Shown here: piece after piece, positions 25,103-35,770 of the stretch
Layout of the letters: every line of letters starts with the position of its first letter
Numbering within the stretch: position 1 is the stretch's first letter
Assembly (NCBI GenBank): GCA_046563655.1
Contig: CM102289.1
Location: 2,914,001 to 2,978,000 of the forward strand
From: Yuukianura sp. NJ FZ-2021
Lineage: Eukaryota
Length of the DNA stretch: 64,000 nucleotides
Reading direction: 5' to 3'
Notes under the pieces: model-generated
The model's database searches: none
What the model saw: only the letters and a program-made list of their open reading frames with translations
What the model was told of the DNA's origin: nothing
Program-made: the position numbers and the translations under genes

Positions 25103-26329
25103 TTAAGCTCCGTGCGGTTGGCTAAGCTCGACTGCGTAGCCAATTGCCAATTTCGTAAATTCTACAACTTGTGGCAAATTTACATTTTCTACAACATCGT
25201 TCTTGGTGTGCATGTATGGATCAAAAATGATTGCTGCAGGAAACGCCGTAATGAAGTTAAACTCATAAAATGATGCGTGATCTGAGCATGCGTAACCACA
25301 TTCCATGTCAGCCCAAGTAAACTCCAAGTATGACTCAACCAGAGTTCGCAGAAATGCAGTCAGATTTTCCTCCACGAAGTCAGTCATAATTCCAATTTCG
25401 GTTTTGCCCTCAAAGTACCCGGGAACATCCAAGTTGATCATACTCACAACATCAACGCCAGACTTAGAGTACGATTCTGCAATATCTCCTGATCCACGGA
25501 GTCCTACTTCTTCAGCAGCATACCACTGGAATTCAATTGTTCTTTTGGGAACAAAGTTGGCTTCCAGAAGAGCTCGGAATGTTTCTAGCAGAACAACAGA
25601 TCCACTTCCGTTGTCATCAGCTCCTGGAGCAGGCTGAATTCTAATGAAATTGTACGAATCAAGATGAGCTCCGAGAATGACGACTTCTGATTGGAGCTCA
25701 GGGTCTGCGCCTTGGATTCTGGCGATGATTGAAGGCTGTAGCCATGAATGATCAAAAGTTTGAACAGAAGCGACGCCAGAGTAGGCAGTATTGTCAACGT
25801 GATCTTGAAGTTGAGATTGGAGCCAAAGCGCCGACTCTTTTCCGGTGTCGTCCGAGTAGTACCGAGTGAAGTAGCTGCTAAAATGAACAAGGAATTCATG
25901 TTGTCTGTCTGAGTCGATGTTTTCAATTACAGCATTGACGATGTCGGAGTACTGAATAGCGGATGGAATTCCTGAATTTAAAAAAAAAATGAAAATTAAT
26001 TTTGTTTAGTATTGGGCAATTCCTAGCTATAAACAAAGTTTTTATTTTTGCTTTGAGCTTTTGTCTTTTATGTTTTAAGTTTTTGACTTAAACTTACGTT
26101 CAACTCCAACAATTTTGTGTTCGGTTGGGAAATTATGTCCAGTGATGTCCATGAAATGTGTTTTGGCTTTCTTAAGTTCTCGAATTTGGTCTTCATTGAG
26201 CCAGTGACCAGGATCAGTTTCACTGGTCTTGATCAATCGTTTTCCATTTTCTGCTTGTAGGCTACGAGCAGATACTTGAGATCGAACCAGGGCCAATGCC
26301 ACCACAACAGCAATTACGAGGAACTTCAT
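25103..26329 (-). CDS. Secreted M28-family leucine aminopeptidase (Vibrio AAP / fungal LAP1 type), 2 exons
   Basis: Signal peptide MKFLVIAVVVALALV; propeptide ending FMDIT; metal-binding motifs GAHLDS, APGADDNGSG, YAAEEVGLRGS, CGYACSDHAS. Confidence 0.92.
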
Positions 26330-27258
26330 CTTGCTCAAAAAACCAAAATTAAAATTGATGTGAGTTTTGATTTTGGATTTCCGTCATTTTATAGCAATAA
26401 AGTGACAGGTTCGAGTGGATCCTGATTTAATCCACAGTCCTAATTGAAGTGGTTATTACAATGGTATTCCTATGTATTACACGTTTCTGGGATGAAGTCA
26501 TGTTCTTTGCTAAAATTTTTGGCAAAATTATAATCACTAAATTTTTAACTAACCTAGCTTTAAATTTGTCAAATTTGAGTAGCAAGGAACGCTTGAAAAC
26601 GAGGAAGAATTAATTTTTATTTTAGATTTTTATTTGTTAATTTTGTGCACATTGGCGTGCACAAGTTAAGATATTTAGATTAATTTCATTAATTAATTGA
26701 TAGATTGATTCATAGTTAACCTAGGTCAAGTTTGGAATCATTGTAACAACCTATTCGAACGTGTCGTTTCACATGTAATCACTTGACAATTTTGCCATAT
26801 GTGCTTAAAAGCACAATGGGAATTCAGAAGTTTAATCATAGGTGGGAATTTTGATTTTGTTAGAACATTGCTCTTGCGTCACAAGAAATTCCAGTTAAAA
26901 TTAACTTGTTGGACAAAGCTCCAACAACTTGCTTGTTTTGTGTTAAAATGTGATAGATTCATCAAGATTATGATGTAGTACGTGGACACCGACACCGGTG
27001 GTGGATAGCATATCATATACATATGTCCAATGTTCTTGACATTGAAGTTAAAATATTACTTTAGTACATATCGAAGGTGTCTATTAGTGCCTGTAATTAT
27101 AATTTAACACAAGGATTGCTTTAAGTTATGACAGCTTTTAGCGCTTTTTATACAAAGAAAGCAAATACATTTGCAAAATTTCAATCCAAAAGTTTGAAAT
27201 TTCGAAACATTTTTTATTTGGTCATAGTTGATCACATTATGTTGAAATAGCTGAAACG

Positions 27259-28421
27259 TTATAATCTAACTTCAATTGGATCCATAGTGTTCAAATATTC
27301 TATTGACTTTGATAATACAGATTTTTGAAATTTTGGAAAATATTTCAGAATCACGGGAATCATTTCTTCATAAGTCTCAAATGACTTGACATCTCTTTTA
27401 GTTGCACTTCCAAATAAAATATGTTTTCCAAATACAAGAATAAATTGAAGTTCAATTTGACCTTCAACTTCCTCATCCACTTCATCCTCATCCGGAATAA
27501 TCGAATCAGGAACTTCGACATGCGCAAAATAATGTCGAAATAAAAACAGATTTCGACAGAATGGAGAGGTAGCTTCATCAGTCCACACTTTTGTCATTCC
27601 GACATCAAAGTGACGCAATTCCACTGGTTTCAACACGAAATGGATCAAAGTCCTTTCAGTTTCGCCGTGACTCTGTAAAGCAAACAAAAAAAAAATTACA
27701 AAAAGGTGAAAAATTGATTAAAACTGTTGCCTTCATACCAAATCTTTTCTAAAGAATCCTCCGCCTATTTGTATTTTGGCAAATTCAAATTCGCCAATTT
27801 TACGGAACTCGCTGATTGTTCCGCCACAACATGGAGTTGTAAATGGCAAAGCATGCAATGGTACAGGAACTGCAGTAGGGCATCCGCAGGCGACATCTAT
27901 TGCATAGGATTCCTGCTCTGAAATTTTGACGACATTCATCACGTGATTTTCAGCATCAACCGGTCCAATTTTTGCAGCAATTGTAGTAACGTTGTATCCA
28001 ACCGAGTCGAGTAAAATCTTCATGAAGTAATTGATATGTAAACAGTTTCCACCTTCGCCGCGTAGATTTGTTGAAACAATTTCGGATTCTGTCGGAACTT
28101 TTCTTTCACTCAACGGAGTCGAAGTAATTTGTAGATTCTGAAAAGAAGAAAAAAAAATGTTTTTTTTAGTTGTGCTTAATAAAGCTTCTTTGTTTGTAAA
28201 AATTTTATCTCGTAGTTGTCAAAATTTCATAATTTTCTGAAATTTTGAAAACAGGGTAAGGAGATTTCGAAAGTCCTTACATTGAAATAAACCCGTGTAA
28301 CTTGTCGAATCACAATTTTGTGAAGGAGGTTAACTGGCCTACTTTTAAAGGCATTTTTCCAGTCGCCAATTCCTAAAATTTTGGTGAAGTAAGATTCCAA
28401 CTGGGCTTCATCGAGTTTCAT
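27259..28421 (-). CDS. Arylamine N-acetyltransferase-like protein (exons 28421-28281, 28137-27739, 27672-27259)
   Basis: FNNL (cf. PFENL), RGEGGNCLHIN...LGY-like segment, ENHVMNVV and YAIDVACG give the Cys-His-Asp triad of the NAT family. Confidence 0.85.
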
Positions 28422-28703
28422 TTTTTTTTGTTCAAAACTCAAGAGAATAATTTAGCTGCAAATTTACAAAAGCTGTGCTAAATAAAAAAAAGTTTTATCA
28501 CAAAGTTTAATTGCACTTCGCTTTAAGCCAGAGCAACAAAAAATCAATCTATAGAAAAAGTAAAAATTCAACTTCAAGACAAAATTGGGTACAGAAAGCC
28601 GCCGTTGCGGGTTTAAATTTTTTTTGTATGAGAAAAAATGATGTAAAGGCACTTACTATAAAACATAAGTGTTAAGTAATGCCACTCAAAACTTTGCCTA
28701 GTA

Positions 28704-29309
28704 CAGTGGATTCTCTAAATAAGGGAAAAAATCACTATTGGAGGATTGGTAGTAGGCGCCTCCCCCAGTACCGTAAGATTTCTGGTAAACGGTCAGTTTG
28801 TGCGCAGTTGCGCAGTTTGTGCGCTGTTGCGCAGTTTGTGCGCTGTTGCGCAGTTTGTGCGCTGTTGCGCAGTTTGTGCGCTGTTGCGCAGTTTGTGCGC
28901 TGTTGCGCAGTTTGTGCGCTGTTGCGCAGTTTGTGCGATGTTGTGCAGTTTGTGCGCTGTTGCGCAGTTTGTGCGCTGTTGCGCAGTTTGTGCGCTGTTG
29001 CGCAGTTTGTGCGCTGTTGCGCAGTTTGTGCGCTGTTGCGCAGTTTGTGCGCTGTTGCGCAGTTTGTGCGCTGTTGCGCAGTTTGTGCGCTGTTGCGCAG
29101 TTTGTATATTTTATATTTTACATATATTACCTATCTAATTACTTTTGTTTCGCACCAAAAACAATTATCCAAAAAAAAAACAATCGTAAAAAATTAGCCG
29201 ATAAACTGAAACATACGTTCCCTCCAAAATTAAAACTTTACGGTACCGCTACTTCTAGTGAAAGTGAGAAAGAGGAGGAGCTCCTGTCCCTTATTTAGAG
29301 AATTCACTG
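28704..29309. mobile_element. Tc1/mariner(pogo)-type MITE, 606 bp, containing a 19-bp minisatellite
   Basis: 23-bp TIRs CAGTGGATTCTCTAAATAAGGGA / TCCCTTATTTAGAGAATTCACTG (1 mismatch), TA on both sides (28702-3, 29310-11). Confidence 0.9.
28794..29104. repeat. 19-bp minisatellite CAGTTTGTGCGCTGTTGCG, ~16 copies
   Basis: Near-perfect tandem array; explains the 19-aa periodic ORFs in all three + frames. Confidence 0.97.
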
Positions 29310-30202
29310 TACTTATGTGCCTCAAGGTTGTTCTGTTTCCATCTTCAGCTTGATAATTATGATTATGAACTTGTAGTGCGTCACGCTCTCTTTTGTTGAT
29401 TAAATTAAAAAAGTTCAGGTTTAGGACACAGTGTCATGCAAGAACAAAATTTTCATCTTTTATTTGCTACACTCAACTTTGAATCAATGACTTCTGTCAT
29501 AGTTAAAAAAAAGTTGTGCAGAAATTTTTTAAAGGAATCTAAAGGCTGCTGATGAGTTTAGATTAATCCCAATGTTTACTTTTATAATTTACTTTTATCA
29601 TTCTTCACCATCGTAATCTTTTCAATTTGCTGGATGTTGTAGCTAGAAGTATCAGACCGCCTAAAGATGTAAATTTTTCTAATCCTAATAATGCAGCTTT
29701 TCAAGAAAAAATTAATATAGTAACTTATCAACCGTAAGCATTTGTTTCTCCTGATAAAGTTTTGTTAAAGTTTTTATTTTGTTTATTTTCGCCGCATAGT
29801 TATAAATAGTTCTCGAACTAAGCAGAATGTTTATAAATAAATGTACTTTGCTTAAAAAACTACTAAAGCTAATAAAATTGTTGTTTTGGCATGGTTGCAC
29901 ATAATATTTGCAATTCAAAAATTTTACAATTGTCCATATTAGGACATCGTCCTCGATCTAAAGGAAACCGAGGTTTTCAAATAAAAGTTTCAAAATAAGC
30001 ACGACGCACTGCCAAAAGGTCCTTCGAATGAATTTCAGAATACTTCCGTTGACGACGACCGGAAAAATTGACCGCAAATCGTCAATACATTTTCATATTT
30101 TGAAAGACTAGAATTGAAATCATGTTTTGTGCATTGATTGAATTAGTCAGAATTAGTTTAAACTTTTCTGGCTGTGCACTGAAATTTTGGTAATAGGTTA
30201 CA

Positions 30203-31780
30203 ATGATTCCAGAAGCATGGCAAAAAGCGTGTTCAGTGGACTTGACAATGGCAGGGTCAAGTAATGTCACATTGCCTGTTCCGAAGTTTATCCCAGGTGA
30301 CATTGCTTGGACCTTGGTTTGTTCGGCTCTTGTTTGGCTAATGGTTCCTGGCGTTGGATTCTTCTACAGTGGACTTGCGCGGAGCAAAAGCGCTCTTTCA
30401 TTGGTTTCTCTTTGCTGTTGGTCAATTGCTGTCGTATCAATTCAAGTAAAAAAAATAAAAATTATGATTTGGAAATTAAAATTTACTAAAATTAAAAGTT
30501 TAAGAAAAATGTTTCAAATACCTAAATCTCTTAACAGTGGTTCTTGTTTGGATATTCATTGACATTTGCTAAACATGGTACAATCTTTATTGGATTTCTG
30601 GACAACTCCTTTTTCATGAACGTTTTGAAGGATCCTAGTCCTTCGAACGAGTACATTCCAGAAATACTTTTCTGTATTTACCAAGGAATGATTGCAGGGT
30701 AAACAAGAATTTTTTAAAAATTCAATATATTTTTTAAAGTTTATACTTCTTAGTAACACAAAAAAATTTTTAGAATTACGCCAGCACTTGTAGTTGGAGC
30801 TACAGCCGAAAGAGGTCGTTTTCTGCCAACACTGATTTTTATGTTCCTCTGGACTACTTTGGTTTACGACTTCATTGCACACTGGACTTGGAATCACGAT
30901 GGATGGAGTCGAAGATTTGGCGGTGCGACTTATAAGATTTATTAAAAAAAAATTTGAAATAAAATTTTTTTTTCTTGTTTTGTGTTTTTTAGTTTTGGAT
31001 TTTGCCGGAGGTACACCAGTCCATGTGGCTTCAGGTGCCGCCGCGCTTGTGTACGCTTATATGCTTGGAGAACGAGAAGGCAGTATCACTGAATACAAAG
31101 CTCACAACATCGTACAAGTCGTTCTCGGAACATCGTTGATGTGGTTTGGCTGGTTCGGATTCAACGGTGGTTCTGCGCATGGCGCCAACACTAGAGCCGC
31201 AATGGTCATGGTCGTAACAAATCTGTCTGCCTCTACCGGCGGAATTGTGTGGGCCGTTTTGGATTACAGGCGAGAACGAAAGTTCTCCGCGCTGAGCTTT
31301 TGCTTTGGAGCTGTCACGGGATTGGTCGTGGCTACTCCTGGATCTGGCTATATGCATCCATACGCAGGCGTTGTTCTGGGTTGCGTGGGAACAATTCTTT
31401 GTCGGAAAGCCATCCACCTCAAACATGCAATCGGATTTGATGATGCTTTGGATGTCGTAGCGGTTCACGGAATCGGTGGAATTGTTGGAACTCTTTTGAC
31501 GGGAGTATTTGCGTCAAAAGAAATCGCTTTCCTTGACTGCGTTACAGTCATTGAAGGTGGATGGATTGACGGACATTGGATGCAAGTGGTGTACCAGGCG
31601 GCCGGAGTTGGCGCAGCAGCACTCTGGTCATTGGTTGTCACGTACGTTATTTTGGTTGTCATGGACAAACTACCTTACTTGTGGCTCAGAGTTGACGAAG
31701 GAACGGAAAAAATGGGAATTGACAAAGCCGAAATCGGGGAATCTGCTTACCAAGTGCTCAAAAACAACGCTGGAACGTAG
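30203..31780 (+). CDS. Ammonium transporter, Amt2/MEP (fungal-like) type; exons ~30203-30445, 30538-30698, 30774-30923, 30993-31780
   Basis: GDIAWTLVCSALVWLMVPGVGFFYSGL, GATAER, LDFAGGTPVH, WFGWFGFNGGS, DDALDVVAVHG. Confidence 0.93.
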
Positions 31781-32035
31781 AAAAATTGTTTAAAATACAT
31801 TTATTAATGTTTAAACATGATATTTAAAGAATTAAAACATAAAAATTGTCAAACATTAAGTCGAAGTACGGTCTGTCCTCACGTAATTGATCATCCATAA
31901 CCAAATTATTGTTTTAACAAATCTGACTACCCGCATATTTTGTAGCTCATTACAAATTGTAATTGTAATTCTAATCTACAATCTAGGTACTCCAGTAGAA
32001 ACGCAAGATTTGTAGGGAATGCATTTACAATAGAT

Positions 32036-33558
32036 TTAGAACGTAAGCAAAAGGTTAACACTATATTCAACAATTTTTTCGGTGACTGTGATAGTCGTGG
32101 TGCGTCCGAAACTAAAAAAATGACCAACGTTTACTCTTGGATCTCGTGCAGAACGTAGAAATTTTACCATATGAGTCGTTGTTGCTTCTGCGTAAAGTTT
32201 TGTCTCCGTTGTGTCGTTGCCATCCTTGCTGATTACAGATGCATTTTCAGTAGTAAGTGCATTTTGCTTTAGAATTGGAATGGCACTTTTCAAATTTTCA
32301 TTTGTGACAATTTCTTCAGATCGTTTTGGTGAATTTTGTATCTGTATTTGTGGGCATTCCGAATCCTGTGTCTCCGTCAACGGATACGATCGATTCCTCC
32401 ATGAGCGCCTAAAATTTTCAGCGTCTGTACTAAAGACCTTGCCTCTGTGGTAAGCCAATTTAACAAAGCCAACGGTAGACGTTGAAACAATTGGAAACAT
32501 AAGGTAGGCCACAGGATTCATCGTATTGAAAAAGCGAATTGTACCGTAAAGACTTAGAACTGCCATGGCCGACATTGCCACCATTTGTCCTTGCATGGTA
32601 GAAAAGTTAAGTGAAGTGTTACACAATACCTCGAGGAGTTGAATAGCTCTGTAAATTTTGGCAACGTTTTCTTCCGTCTGAATACTGTCGTAGCTCCTCT
32701 GCGGGTAACGCAATAAGCGCGGTGAAATCAAATTCTCAGGTTGAACAGCCCTACAAAATTGATAATTATTGGATTATGCCGGCAGAAGATAAAAACGTTT
32801 GAAATTTTTAGGTTACTCGAGTTGACGTATCCAGAAACTCATTGAAGTTAAAAAGGTCATTGCGTAGCACATGTAAATCATTCCGTTGATCCAAGAGTTG
32901 AAATACGGGTACATTTCAAAAATTACAAACACGTATTTCCAAGAATCGGGGATCGGCAATAACGAAAAATAAAAAATTCGTATTCGTGGTATTGCGAAGT
33001 ACAGAAACATCAAAGCCAGAGTATGACCATACTGCATTCCTATAAACATCCAGCCAATGGGACCAAAGTAATCAGTCACATGACCCTGCTGAAACTTCTC
33101 TAATTTTTTTTAAGCAATTATATTATTAGAAATGTAGGGAGGGAAATAATAAAACTCATTTAGCATGTAAAGGTCAAAAATTGTAGGATTTGAATTTTCT
33201 TACTAGTCAAATTCTGTTCAAAGTATTTCATTTGCTCAATTATTTGCACAATTTCTTCTCTGCAAACGTATGTATTTAGTTGAAGAATGAAATTAAAACA
33301 CGACTGACAAATGAAGGCACATTGTAGCAAAAATGATGACGCAGAAGTTGCATAACAAAGTAATCCCTCCAGAGCACGCCAAGAAACAAAAACGAAGTGG
33401 CAAAAACAGAAAACTGTCAAAAGTTTGAAAATAATTTTCGTCCGCGGTTTGTTGTCTACTCTCCATCGACCAGTTACAAACTCAAAAGGTGCTGATTTGA
33501 AAATGGCGGCTGTAAGCAGTGAAAACTGAAGCACATTTAGCGTTACTTTTGAAATCAT
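32036..33558 (-). CDS. Gustatory-receptor-like multi-pass membrane protein, 3 exons
   Basis: Hydrophobic ORFs join in phase; C-terminus FLRSARDPRVNVGHFF...KIVEYSVNLLLTF parallels that of the gene at 6911-8268. Confidence 0.72.
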
Positions 33559-34366
33559 GTTAAAAATTTTCAAAAAAAAAATTGTAATTTCTTAGCAAAC
33601 CTGACAAACAACGAGGCGCCGCGACTTGTGACTACTCATGCTTCTTTCTAAAAAAAACTTTTTTTTTGTCAAATTTCGTAATTAAAAAATCAGCCGCTTT
33701 TCAATTACGCCTACAATTTATAGTTAATAACTTTTTGATTGAAAAGTTCACTGACAATTCAAAAGAGTTTCAAAGAAGTTCTTTCAAATTCGACGAAAAG
33801 AGTAATACAATGAAAAAAAGTGTGTCCTGGCTAAGGTTAATTGAGTTTTGCGGAAACCAATTAACATAAAATATTAACAGTTAGTATGCAGGAGACTTAG
33901 CGGTTAGTAGTTTACTTGGAGAGTGAAAGCAATATACCCTGATGGAGAATTTTTTTTTGATATTTTTTAAAGGTGAAGAACAAGGATTTTCTTTGCAACA
34001 AAGATTACAAAACGGTCTTATAAAAATTTCATTAAAAAAGAAATATATACTACTTTACAACTTTTCTCAACAATTTATTTTTGCTAAAAATAACATTTTT
34101 TTAATTAATCATGTCAAAGCTCGCAAATGACAGACGGGCAATGAATATATTTTTCTACTCATTAGGCTTGTCCCACTGGATTGACTGACAGAGGACACGT
34201 TGTCATTCAAGTGTCCCAAATTTTTAGGTAACAAGAAGCGATTGACAACCATGATTTTTGTTTAATCTATTTGAAATGCTGTTTATTTAAGACGAAACGC
34301 TGAATTTTTTTGCCACATCAGTCGTAAAAAGAGTTTATCAGAATTGATTCATTTTTGCACATAAAC

Positions 34367-35530
34367 ATGAATACGCTTTGTGTGCAGCTACTTCTGATTT
34401 TTGCACTGACAGGTTGTTCTTTCGGGGTTACCTACATTGACCTCAGTTATCCAATCAACAACGATACCGTGTTTCATCCCAGACATCGGCGCTATGAAAA
34501 ATTGATTGACTTTGAAGGTTATACGCCTGAAGGCATTTGGTAATTCACATAAAATAAAAAAAAACAAAGTGCATTTTTTAACTACTAACTCGCTTTTGTT
34601 AAAAACCTTTGTGATACTATTTAGGTTTGCAACTCACTCCATGTCGACGTCTGAGCACACAGCAAGTAAGTTAATTTAGTAGTCAAAAAACTTCAACTTT
34701 CATGTTAAAATTTCTGAAAAAAAAATTTAGCGCATCTCGATACACCATTTCACACTAACGAGCATGGATGGAGCTTGGACCAAATTCCAACGGACAATTT
34801 AATAAACATGCCAGCCGTTATGATTGACATGTCCGACAAGGTTACCGTAGCAGGCACAACGAACTATCAATACACTGTCAATAAAATTGACTTGGTCGAG
34901 TAAAATTTTCAAAATTATTGACAACTTTTTTTTAGAAACTGAAAAAAGAAAAAACGTTTTGACTAACAAACACTAAGAATTTTTGATTAGGTGGGAAAAA
35001 ACGCACGGCATTATACCGCAGAGGGCAGTGGTTCTAATCAACACGGGATGGGGTCAACGGTGGCCCAAAGCTGACTACTTGGGGGAAGACGGTTCAGGAT
35101 CAATGAATTTCCCAGGTAAGGTCATTGAACTTGACCTTTGAAGTTTTAGCGTGACCTTTGACTTTTTTGATTTGAGGCTTTCATATTTTGTAATACGCAG
35201 GACTGGAGTTGTGCGGTGCTCGGTTTTTGTCAACGGAAAGAAATGCTGTGGGTGTGGGGATTGACACGGCCAGTATTGATGCCGGATTCATGCACGTACT
35301 GAAAATAGCGCAAAATTTTGAATTTTAAATTGGAATTTTATTTTTTCCCGCGCTTTTCCTAGGAGCTTATGGCACACAATCAATTGTCGTCAAAGAACGT
35401 TTACATTCTGGAGAATGTTGCAAATCTTCACTTGTTGCCGCCAACCAACTTCAACGTGTGGGTCATGCCTTTGAAATTGGAAAAAGAAACAACTGGAGCA
35501 CCAGTGCGTCTCATCGCAGTTGTTCCATAA
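34367..35530 (+). CDS. Secreted cyclase-family metallohydrolase (kynurenine formamidase / isatin hydrolase-like), 6 exons
   Basis: Signal peptide; YIDLSYP, SEHTATHLDTPFH (HxGTHxDxPxH variant), VLINTGW, GIDTASID, ILENVANL, GAPVRLIA. Confidence 0.9.
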
Positions 35531-35770
35531 AATATAACCGTACATACGTGTATGTATAAACATAAACTTATATTACATGCCGTAGTCGAACAACCAAAAA
35601 TGTTTGGTTTTATGCTTATAAATAAAGAAAGAGGTAAAAAAAGTTAAAAAAAACATCATACGTTTTTACTGCATAATCTAGTTGCAGAAATTGACGTGAA
35701 GTTTGAAAATTCTGTAAACATATTTTGAAAATTTCGAAAATATGATAAACGAGTAATGGGGTGCCAAGCT

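Noticed and set aside
25305..25926. Extra ORFs (25305-25637 +, 25585-25926 -) over the aminopeptidase
   Set aside because: Antisense or off-frame shadows of the continuous M28 exon
20355..29104. Tandem arrays as possible CRISPR arrays
   Set aside because: Units are head-to-tail with no unique spacers, no cas genes, and the context is eukaryotic
28679..29298. Three overlapping Cys-rich ORFs resembling metallothionein-like proteins
   Set aside because: All three frames give the same 19-aa periodicity from a 19-bp repeat inside a MITE
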